Shown here in pieces: positions 45,354 through 53,107 of a stretch of 53,107 bases of DNA. A program made the position numbers and the translations under genes. The notes beneath the pieces were generated by a model that did no database searches, was not told the DNA's origin, and saw only the letters and a program-made list of their open reading frames with translations. Origin of the DNA: a virus (taxonomy: Duplodnaviria > Caudoviricetes); the IMG/VR virus record IMGVR_UViG_3300024246_000006, positions 1 to 53,107 of that record; one strand, 5' to 3'. The first letter of the stretch is position 1, and each line of letters opens with the position of its first letter.

Positions 45354-46739
45354 CTAAACCTGCTTCACATACGGGTCGACCCAGATCTCGGCATTCGCCC
45401 CGGAGTTATCGAACGCGAGCACGCCCCAGATCGACACCGGACCGCTCTGATCGCCAGATGGCGTCACGTCGGCTTGGCTCACCACCGGCGTGCTCAGCCC
45501 AGACCAACTGCTGCCGCTATCTGCAGTCCACGTCGTTCCGGTGTTGAGCGGGCCTTGATCTGCCGCCTGGCTCGTCATCACCTTGCCCCAGACTTCGCCA
45601 GTGCGCACGAACTCGGCTTCGATCCAGAACTGCGCATCGGTCAGGCGCGTCTGTCCGCTGCGCTGGGCGACGAAGGTGCGCAGGCTAGTGTTGTTCGTGT
45701 CCCACCAGTCGTCCGCGATCTTGAAGCGGAACGTGTTGCCGTTGGCGATATTGCTCGACGCGTTCGCCGTGACCTTGCAGGAAAACGCCGTAGTGCCGTC
45801 CGAGGCTCCACCAGTTCGATTGACGCTGGTATCCGTGATCACGGTACCGGCGGCGCGGATCTCCATGTTGAAGAAGCTCGCCGTGGAGCCGCTCGGCCCG
45901 CAACCGCGCACCGAAATCTCGGAGCCGCGATCGCCGACCGCAATGCCGAAACGTGACGGGGTGAGCGCGATATCCGACTTGCACTTCTCGAATCTGATGA
46001 ACGTCGCCGGCGCGCCCGTCACGTCGATCCACTTCCCGGTAATGTCGCTCATGTCGACGTCGCGAATGTCGAGCAGCGAGTTCGCCTGGATCGTGCTCGG
46101 CACATTGAACGCGGCCGTCGGTTGCGTCGTCGTGTGCACGACCGAGCCGCCGCGCCAATCCAAGCGCGTACACCCGTTGATGCTGATCAGCGAGCCGGCG
46201 TTGTTGCAAAGAATGACGTCCACTTCTCTCAGCGTCATCCGCCCCGACATGCCGGAGGCCCCGGTCGCCGCCCCGAGCACAAGCGTCTTCGCCGTGGTCG
46301 CGACCAACGTAAACTTGCAGTGCGAATACTTCTGCACTTCGTCGACCGCGCTGCCCAGCGTGATCGTGTTGTTCGCTTGAACCTTGAATCCCCATAGATT
46401 GATGTTGCCGGGGATATTGATCGTAGCCGTGCTGCCGAAAGTTTCCAACGCGGTAGGCGAACCGACGATCGTGCTCGCGGCCGGCGTGTGCGCTACCGTG
46501 TAGCTGCTGCTCGCCGCAGAATCGTCTACGACAACGGCATCAACAGGCAGGCCGGTGCCCGTCGGAATCGCCCAGGTCGTGTTGCTGTTCTGAGACCCAG
46601 GGTTATGCGAGTGCGCGATGTACACCAGGTCGCCGGCCGCGAGCACCGCGGCGAGCGCGTTCATCGTCGTGAACGCGTTGGGCCAGTCGGCGCCCGTGCC
46701 ACCGCCGGCCGCGCCCGAGAAGAGATACCGGATTGTCAT
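45354..46739 (-). CDS. beta-rich putative virion/fibre protein
   Basis: GTGADWPNAFTT...AGDLVY N-terminus; Gly/Thr/Ser-rich. Confidence 0.55.
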   Translation of the reverse strand: MTIRYLFSGAAGGGTGADWPNAFTTMNALAAVLAAGDLVYIAHSHNPGSQNSNTTWAIPTGTGLPVDAVVVDDSAASSSYTVAHTPAASTIVGSPTALETFGSTATINIPGNINLWGFKVQANNTITLGSAVDEVQKYSHCKFTLVATTAKTLVLGAATGASGMSGRMTLREVDVILCNNAGSLISINGCTRLDWRGGSVVHTTTQPTAAFNVPSTIQANSLLDIRDVDMSDITGKWIDVTGAPATFIRFEKCKSDIALTPSRFGIAVGDRGSEISVRGCGPSGSTASFFNMEIRAAGTVITDTSVNRTGGASDGTTAFSCKVTANASSNIANGNTFRFKIADDWWDTNNTSLRTFVAQRSGQTRLTDAQFWIEAEFVRTGEVWGKVMTSQAADQGPLNTGTTWTADSGSSWSGLSTPVVSQADVTPSGDQSGPVSIWGVLAFDNSGANAEIWVDPYVKQV

Positions 46740-46921
46740 CCCGCCCGCCCCTCATCGTGAGCACGCTGCCGCGCCGCTACATGCCGGATCATCGCCTCGC
46801 GCTGCATGAACATCTGCGCGGCCGCCAGCGCCGCCTGTCTCACCAGCTCATCCTGGTCGAGGAGATAAACCGGCGAATGCTGCAGCTGCCCACACTCGCG
46901 ATCCCACGGCGATGTGCTCAT
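46736..46921 (-). CDS. small hypothetical protein
   Basis: ATGA overlaps on both sides. Confidence 0.45.
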   Translation of the reverse strand: MSTSPWDRECGQLQHSPVYLLDQDELVRQAALAAAQMFMQREAMIRHVAARQRAHDEGRAG

Positions 46922-48285
46922 CGCTTGAACCACACAGGCAAAGTGATCGGCGTACCATCCTCGCCACCGACCGCTATGATCGGCGCGTTCACAGCAACCG
47001 GCGGCGGCGGATTCGAGCACCACTCCGGTTGGTTCTGGTCGTAGCGCACCGCGCCGATGTTGCCGGCGTAGGAGTTGTTCGCCATCCACACGCGCGAGCG
47101 CTCGATCCAGAAGCTCGGCGTACCTGGATCGCTGTGACAAGTCCCGAACGCATACGGCACTTTGTTCGGCACAGTTCCGTAGTGACCCACGGCGTAGCTC
47201 GGCGACTTCAACGCGCGCACCGTGTTCGGTCGAAGTTCGGTGAACTTGTTACCGGACACGAAATGATGGAATAGCCCGGCGTTCGCTACCGACGGCGGGT
47301 TAGGCAGAGCGTCCGAAACACCCGCGTTGACGATCGACGCCCAGAACGCCGCATCGAGAAACTGCCCGGAGCCGTACACCGGTCGATCGCAACCGGTGGA
47401 GTCCTGCCGGTTAGTGAAATAGATGATCTCGCGGTTCGGGGAATAGGCGTTGAAGGTGTTATCACGCACCACCGAGTTGCCGCAGGACATGATGTCCACC
47501 AACTCGGAACCGTAGAATCTCGGGTCACCATCCAGGTTCGTGTCGAACCGGTTGCCAGCGACATAGTTGAACTCCGAAGTCGATTTGTAGCAGTGACTTC
47601 CCCGCATGTCGTGGCAACGATTGTCGACGAAGTACGATGCCGTCGTTCCCTTTCCGGCAGTTCCGGTCCCGGTCTGGTTGTTCGCCGTATTGCGGTGCCA
47701 ATAGACACCGTGCATCGTGTTGCCTTGGCCGAGATGATCGAGTTCGTTCCCGCATACCCGACGCTCGCGGGACTGATCGCCGTAAGCATCACCGTCCATC
47801 AGGCCGTTACCGGCCGCTCCATGAAAGTGATTGTTGACGACCGTTACCGATGCGTAGTTCGCTCCGTTGAAAACGCCGGAGTAGTTCATGACTTCGATGT
47901 TCTTGATCTCGAAACGCTGCGGGCTCGGCGCGTAAGGCGATGCGATCGTTCCGCTGTACCATCCAGCGGAGAAGAACACCGGTTGCGGAGCGGAAAGCGA
48001 GCAAGAGAAAGTCGGCCTGTTGCCAGATGCGTCGAGCACGCCGACGAGGGCGATGTTCTTCTTGCTCGCCGCGGTGACGTAGTTCAAAGCATCGCAGTTC
48101 GCATAGCTCCCGAATGGAACCTCGATGACGCCACCGGTTGAGGGCAAAGCCGCGACCGCCGCCTTGAACGAGCCCGCTTTCGCATAGTTGATCTTCGGCG
48201 TGGCTGCGTCGTAGATGTCCGGGCAATAGTCTGTCGTCTGCCCGAAGGCCGACAGTGAAAGCAGAAAAAGCAACAAGCACTTCAT
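46918..48285 (-). CDS. signal-peptide protein with right-handed beta-helix character
   Basis: MKCLLLFLLSLSAFG; Asn-ladder repeats NNHFH, GNELD, DNRCH, GNRFD and DNTFN. Confidence 0.6.
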   Translation of the reverse strand: MKCLLLFLLSLSAFGQTTDYCPDIYDAATPKINYAKAGSFKAAVAALPSTGGVIEVPFGSYANCDALNYVTAASKKNIALVGVLDASGNRPTFSCSLSAPQPVFFSAGWYSGTIASPYAPSPQRFEIKNIEVMNYSGVFNGANYASVTVVNNHFHGAAGNGLMDGDAYGDQSRERRVCGNELDHLGQGNTMHGVYWHRNTANNQTGTGTAGKGTTASYFVDNRCHDMRGSHCYKSTSEFNYVAGNRFDTNLDGDPRFYGSELVDIMSCGNSVVRDNTFNAYSPNREIIYFTNRQDSTGCDRPVYGSGQFLDAAFWASIVNAGVSDALPNPPSVANAGLFHHFVSGNKFTELRPNTVRALKSPSYAVGHYGTVPNKVPYAFGTCHSDPGTPSFWIERSRVWMANNSYAGNIGAVRYDQNQPEWCSNPPPPVAVNAPIIAVGGEDGTPITLPVWFKR

Positions 48286-49565
48286 AGATGAATCCTCGTC
48301 GACTTGATCGCATACACCGGCTGGTCATATGCGCCCGAGTACAGGAAGACCTTCAGCGTCGGATGGAAGAAGAAACGCCCCCAGTCCGGCGACTTGAAGT
48401 TGCCGTTGATCGTTCCGGTGAACGTCTCCGTGATCACGTTCCACGGCGTCGCCGAAATGTTCGCGCCCGGCGTGATCCAGTAGATCGTGCTGAGCTGGGT
48501 CAGGCCATCAACCGAAAACACGTACAGGAAAAAATCCCCGAGCTCAGGCACAAACCCAACGGAGAACCCCGCCTGCCCCGCGCTCGTGGGCCACGACGTA
48601 TATGGCTGCGTCAGCGGCTGCGCCACCCACTTGGGCGGTGACTGGTTCAGATCGCAGACGAAAAGCCCCGTGTTCTGGAACGCGAGAATCCAGTTCTTCG
48701 CCGCGTAAAACGCAGTGGTGATTCCCCCGCTCAGAAGCGCGGAGGAAACCGCCAGGTTGATCTTCGACCAGCTCGGATTGTTCGTATTCGGCAACTGCGC
48801 GATGTACGTATCGCTCGGCCCCATGGTGAGCACGCGATTGCCCACCGTGTCGAACAACCCCGACATGTTCGTGCCGATATTGTTGTGCGTGATCGGCATG
48901 AACGAATTCAGCGGGAAGCGCTGCCACGGCGCTCCCGCAGCAAAGTCGTACAGGTGACCCGCCGGCGCCCACCAGGGCGACTGATAGCCCAATGCGGTTT
49001 GCGCCGGCATGAAGAACGCACCCTTCGCGCCAACGATGCCGCCGAACGAGCCCGGCGGCATCATCACCTGGATGTCATAGCAGTGCGCAGAAACCGGCGA
49101 GCCGTTCGTGGCCGGCGTCTCGATCGGCAGAAAATCCGCCCACGTCGGATCGCTGTTCTGCAGCGGCACGCCCAACGTGCCGTCAAAGGATTTGAACGGA
49201 TCGGTTAGCGCCAACCAGACCAGCGTATCGACCTCCCAGTTGAGGATCTGATTGCCCTGGTACGACAGATGCCCGCCACCCCAATTGAAGAGCGCACCGA
49301 GGCGCCCCCAGTAGGGATTGAAGCGACCACCGCCCGCACCCACGCCTTGCCACATCATTCTCATGCCGCCCGAGCCGCCCGGTTTGTCCCAGGTCTGCAC
49401 TCGGTTCGGATCCGGGTCGAGATTCTTCGGCAGGTTGAGCGAAACCGCGGAGGACGTGCCCGGCTGCAGGTTCGTCACCCAGGCGGGTATGCCGCCAACG
49501 TTGCCCGAACCGACGAGCGTCGGCGCGCCCTGTGCAAGCAACGTGCGCGGGCGGATGATTCGCAT
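48282..49565 (-). CDS. putative beta-propeller protein
   Basis: WGGGHLSYQGN, repeated D...W blade ends, WGRFFF. Confidence 0.5.
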   Translation of the reverse strand: MRIIRPRTLLAQGAPTLVGSGNVGGIPAWVTNLQPGTSSAVSLNLPKNLDPDPNRVQTWDKPGGSGGMRMMWQGVGAGGGRFNPYWGRLGALFNWGGGHLSYQGNQILNWEVDTLVWLALTDPFKSFDGTLGVPLQNSDPTWADFLPIETPATNGSPVSAHCYDIQVMMPPGSFGGIVGAKGAFFMPAQTALGYQSPWWAPAGHLYDFAAGAPWQRFPLNSFMPITHNNIGTNMSGLFDTVGNRVLTMGPSDTYIAQLPNTNNPSWSKINLAVSSALLSGGITTAFYAAKNWILAFQNTGLFVCDLNQSPPKWVAQPLTQPYTSWPTSAGQAGFSVGFVPELGDFFLYVFSVDGLTQLSTIYWITPGANISATPWNVITETFTGTINGNFKSPDWGRFFFHPTLKVFLYSGAYDQPVYAIKSTRIHL

Positions 49566-49588
49566 GTGGGAGCTGTACTGCCTTACGC

Positions 49589-50170
49589 TTACGGCATGCC
49601 GGTATAGGTAAGCCCGGTGATCGTCACCGTGTCGCCCGAGTTGATGGTCGTGCCGGACAGATTGATGTCGCTGCCGGATGTTCCAACCGTGCAGTTGAAA
49701 ACTTCCTCGTGTCCGGTGGCGATCCCGCCGGTGCTCCCCAACGTGCCGAGCGACGCGGAGCAGGTCGCGACGTTGCCCGAGACCGAATTCACCGTCACCG
49801 TTTGCACAGTGAAGCCGGTGCCTCCTGTCACTTGCAGCGAGCGGCCAACATCGAGCGAGGAGAACGGGTGCGCAGCCGAAGTGCACTTCGTGTTCGTGGT
49901 CGCATCGATCACCAGATCCGTGTAGGAGATCGTATCCTGGAAGCTCGCCTTCGTGACCGGATTGGCCTGGCCTGCCGCATTGCTGTCCGCCGTCGGATCC
50001 GTGACGGAGCACGCGCCCGAAACCGCTGCGGGGCCGAATGGATTGGCGAGCGGCAGCGTCGAGGCGACAAGGCCGGCGGCTGTTTGCAACTGCATGCGCC
50101 CCGCGGCCAACAGCGCGACCACCGCATTGACTGATGCGTTACGAGCGAACGTCGCATGGGTCAAAGACAT
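49589..50170 (-). CDS. putative virion structural protein
   Basis: Thr/Gly-rich; VGTSGSDINL...GDTVTIT C-terminus. Confidence 0.55.
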   Translation of the reverse strand: MSLTHATFARNASVNAVVALLAAGRMQLQTAAGLVASTLPLANPFGPAAVSGACSVTDPTADSNAAGQANPVTKASFQDTISYTDLVIDATTNTKCTSAAHPFSSLDVGRSLQVTGGTGFTVQTVTVNSVSGNVATCSASLGTLGSTGGIATGHEEVFNCTVGTSGSDINLSGTTINSGDTVTITGLTYTGMP

Positions 50171-50198
50171 TTTCCCATCTCCTTTTCAGAACGGAAAT

Positions 50199-50441
50199 TT
50201 ATGCAAGGGACGTGGCGATCTCGCCGCGCCAACGAACTACACCTTTCGAACGGATCTGCGAAGCCTCCGCTGGGTCAGCGGTGAAAACGTGCGCGGCGAG
50301 CGCCTCCAGAAAATCGGCAGCGCTCTCGGCGTCGAGCGGAGCGCGGAATCCATACGTATCGAGCGCACGCTGCGCGAGCAATTGCCGGTCCTTACCGCGG
50401 ACCTCAATCGTTCCGCGAAGCGAATGCGCCTGTGTTTCCAT
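50199..50441 (-). CDS. hypothetical protein
   Basis: ATG 5 nt after the terL stop. Confidence 0.5.
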   Translation of the reverse strand: METQAHSLRGTIEVRGKDRQLLAQRALDTYGFRAPLDAESAADFLEALAAHVFTADPAEASQIRSKGVVRWRGEIATSLA

Positions 50442-50445
50442 TCCG

Positions 50446-52503
50446 TCACGCCAGGCGCGACACCAGAGGTGACGCACCTCTGCGTTTGTTGACCATCGGC
50501 GCCGGGACGCTCGGAGCTGCAACCGGCGCTTCAGGTTGAGGCGCGACCGGTTCCGTGACGACATCATCGGCCTGGGCAAGCATCACTTGCCCCATCAGGT
50601 CCGGCTGCCGGAGCTTTTGCTCGCGCGCAGCCCATTGAGCTTCTGTCATCAAGTTCACCTTCGTGCGCCGTGAGGCGTGAATCGCGTACACCTCGCAATC
50701 GAGCGCCTCGTTGCGCTGGCCGGACTTCACCTGCCAGTAGAGCTTGTTGCGCTGCTTGCCTTTCATCGGCGCCTTGACCTCGGCCGTGACCTGGCCGAAG
50801 TAGTCACCGCGGATTCCGCGGTACCAGTGCATGCGACCCGGCCCGTTGCCGGTGATCACGCGATCGCCGAGCTTCTCGCACAGGCGAAGCCGGCCGCCGT
50901 GCTCACCGAAACCAATCAGCAGATCCTTCGCTTTCTCCGTACCGACGAGATACACGTGCAGACCGTACTTCGCTGCCTTGGTCGGCTTGCGTCCCGGATC
51001 GACTGCGCGCGGATGCGCGAAAATCTCGCCGACGTCGCGGCCCTTCACCGGCATCACTCCGCGCCGGCGATGCTTGCGGCAGAACCAGTACACCGCGTCC
51101 GACGTATTGCCGTCGCCGGAATCGATCGAGGCCGCCTCGACGAAGAGCTCCGCACCGCTCGCATGAGCGTATGGCCGAAACAGGAACGTCTCGAGCTCCG
51201 TCCAAATCGGATCATTGTGGTCCACGGTGTTGCCGTGGATCTCGCCCCAGTACACGCGCCACGACTCTTCGCCGCGGCCCCACGCGACCACCAGGATCGC
51301 GATGCGGTCCGGTTGCACATCTGCCGACAGCGTCAACAGCAGCCCGCCCCACGGCACGGTCAGCTCCGCGTAATCTTCCGCGCGCCCTTCCAGCTCCTCG
51401 GCCTTCGGCGCGGGCGACTTGTACTTGAACGGCAGACCGAGCTGGTTGTTGTAGAACTCGATCAGTCCGCGAATGTCGCCCGCGGCTTCGCGATGCTTCG
51501 CCTCAAGATACTTCTCTACCAGGCGCGGCAGCGCTGCACCTGGCGCGCTGCTCATCAGATCGCTGATGTATGCGCCGGCAAGTCCTGTGAATGGCGCCGT
51601 CGCCACGAACCTACCCGCCCGGGAGTTGCGCGCGCGCTCTGCGTCCGTCCATTCGCCGCCGCAGTGCGGGCAGACCATATACGCGGAGTCTGGATCGAAT
51701 TTGCCGTATACCGGGTGGCTTCGACCTGGCGCTTCCTTGTAGCGCACGAGATCCCACGCCGAACCATCAAGCACCACTTCGCCGCCGCAGTGATGGCACG
51801 GCGCGTACCATTTGCGCTTGTCGGTGAGATCCATCTCCGCCTCGATCGCGGAGAGCTCGGACAGCGTCGGCGATCCTCCAATCACCGAGAACGTGTCGAA
51901 ATACTGTTTCAAGCGCTCGAGCAGCAGCTTCACCGTGCTGCCCTGGCCGCGCACGTCCTGCTCGCATTCGTCCGGCTCTTCGACGAAGCAATAACGAGCG
52001 GAGTCCGACTTCACTTCGTCCGCGGAATGCGAATGCACGAAACTCAACCAGCCGCCGGGAAAAAGCTTGAAGGTCTGCGTTATCCCCGCGGTGCGCGAGG
52101 TGAGCGGCAGCTTCTCCGCGAGCGGCGGTGTTTCCCGTACCATCGGCTCGAAGCGCGTCAGATTGAAGCGCTGCGCCTTCTTCTCCTTCGGGAAGAGCGC
52201 GATGATCGGCGCCGGCATCATGTCGATGATGTAGCCCATCAACGTCGCGACCGTCTCCGACCAGCCGGCCTGCGAGCTCTTCATGCAGCGGATGCCGCGC
52301 ACACCGGTCTCGAAGAACATGTCGATGATTTCCCGCATGTGCGGGAACATCGCCCACGACCAGGCGCCTGCAGATTCCGCCGTCATCGCAGCGAGTCGGC
52401 GAAACTTCACGGCCCATACCGACGGCAATTCTTTCTTGGGCGGGACGAATCTAGCCCATGCCCTACGCACGGCCTCCTGAAGTGTTTGGCTGGTTGTCAT
52501 CAC
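50446..52503 (-). CDS. terL: terminase large subunit (lambda gpA family)
   Basis: KSSQAGWSE, GSPT, CHHC/CPHC, ADVQ, IDSG and RNEALDCEVYA. Confidence 0.95.
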   Translation of the reverse strand: MMTTSQTLQEAVRRAWARFVPPKKELPSVWAVKFRRLAAMTAESAGAWSWAMFPHMREIIDMFFETGVRGIRCMKSSQAGWSETVATLMGYIIDMMPAPIIALFPKEKKAQRFNLTRFEPMVRETPPLAEKLPLTSRTAGITQTFKLFPGGWLSFVHSHSADEVKSDSARYCFVEEPDECEQDVRGQGSTVKLLLERLKQYFDTFSVIGGSPTLSELSAIEAEMDLTDKRKWYAPCHHCGGEVVLDGSAWDLVRYKEAPGRSHPVYGKFDPDSAYMVCPHCGGEWTDAERARNSRAGRFVATAPFTGLAGAYISDLMSSAPGAALPRLVEKYLEAKHREAAGDIRGLIEFYNNQLGLPFKYKSPAPKAEELEGRAEDYAELTVPWGGLLLTLSADVQPDRIAILVVAWGRGEESWRVYWGEIHGNTVDHNDPIWTELETFLFRPYAHASGAELFVEAASIDSGDGNTSDAVYWFCRKHRRRGVMPVKGRDVGEIFAHPRAVDPGRKPTKAAKYGLHVYLVGTEKAKDLLIGFGEHGGRLRLCEKLGDRVITGNGPGRMHWYRGIRGDYFGQVTAEVKAPMKGKQRNKLYWQVKSGQRNEALDCEVYAIHASRRTKVNLMTEAQWAAREQKLRQPDLMGQVMLAQADDVVTEPVAPQPEAPVAAPSVPAPMVNKRRGASPLVSRLA

Positions 52504-53029
52504 CTGCGATCCTCCGCAGGACGGCGCTCGCTTCGTTCGCGGCCATCGCTCCGAAAAGTTCGTCGACCTCGCCCTGCATGCGCTCGCCGTCGACGCCGAG
52601 CTTCGTCAGAAATGCGGCGTCTTCGTTTTTGAGAACCTGGCGCTTTGCCTCGCGTCCAGGCGTAGCCTCAAGAATATCGGCGAGGCGGGAATGCCGGCTC
52701 GCCATGTATGCAGCCGCCGCGAAGACGCGCGAATGCCAGGTCGGTTCGATTTCAGTGACCGGAACCATCACGCCCCTCTCCACGGACAAATCGAGCTCGA
52801 GCTTGTCGCCCTGCAACCTGGCCAAGCGCTCGCGCTGATTTTCCGGCGCAATTTTTTTTATCTCACGCGCGAGCCACCAGGTGATCACCGCTTCGGTGTC
52901 GTACTGATTAGCTTCTCCGCGTTCGCCGATCTTCTGGACCGGCATGCCTTCCTTCTGCCATTCCCAGATCGTCACGTCGGACTTGCCGACGATTTTCGCG
53001 AGCTCGGTCTGGTTGACGATCTTGCCCAT
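52463..53029 (-). CDS. terS: terminase small subunit (Nu1-like)
   Basis: VNQTELAKIVG...WQKEGMP...YDTEAVITW wHTH; adjacent to cos. Confidence 0.92.
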   Translation of the reverse strand: MGKIVNQTELAKIVGKSDVTIWEWQKEGMPVQKIGERGEANQYDTEAVITWWLAREIKKIAPENQRERLARLQGDKLELDLSVERGVMVPVTEIEPTWHSRVFAAAAYMASRHSRLADILEATPGREAKRQVLKNEDAAFLTKLGVDGERMQGEVDELFGAMAANEASAVLRRIAGDDNQPNTSGGRA

Positions 53030-53095
53030 CGATCAAGCTCAGTGACGTGACCAGTTAACCGAGCGCGCGACCCGTGTATCTGAGAACGCATCGCG

Positions 53096-53107
53096 GCGCG
53101 CAGTGCT
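53096..53107. other. cosN cohesive-end 12-mer (right copy)
   Basis: Identical to 1-12. Confidence 0.85.

Noticed and set aside
42263-50012. Longest-ORF starts for portal (44074), S49 protease (42512) and 48282..50012
   Set aside because: They overlap upstream genes extensively; internal ATGs at 43906, 42263 and 49565 fit operon packing.
50677-52632. Long antisense ORFs (also 1632..2717, 10373..11488, 25518..26702, 35968..37503, 38552..39598, 42242..43564)
   Set aside because: They are shadows of well-supported genes on the opposite strand in high-GC DNA and contain no recognisable motifs.

Overview
The window looks like a complete 53.1-kb temperate phage genome (GC-rich; a betaproteobacterial host is inferred), linearised at a lambda-type cos site. 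The same 12-mer sits at both ends, with a GGGTCCT cosQ-like element and the small terminase gene beside it. The minus strand carries the cro-cII-primase/helicase-ori-Q early arm and the late operon: terminase, a ~6 kb fibre/adhesin-like insert, lambda-like head, Mu/P2-like contractile tail and lysis genes. An IS1595-family element with passenger genes lies between the tail and lysis genes. The plus strand carries an XRE repressor and a long early operon. That operon encodes, in order, a PRTRC ubiquitin-like conjugation cassette (E, Ubl C, F, E2-like B, JAB A, E1-like ThiF), an Acb2-like anti-CBASS sponge, a papain-like peptidase candidate, a diversity-generating retroelement (three tandem DUF1566-like targets, avd, TR, RT) and a large serine integrase. 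The most notable feature is this mostly tightly packed block of Ubl conjugation genes, Acb2 and a triple-target DGR, with an 8-bp-periodic ATT element after every VR. All family calls come from motif recognition by eye; no database searches were run.
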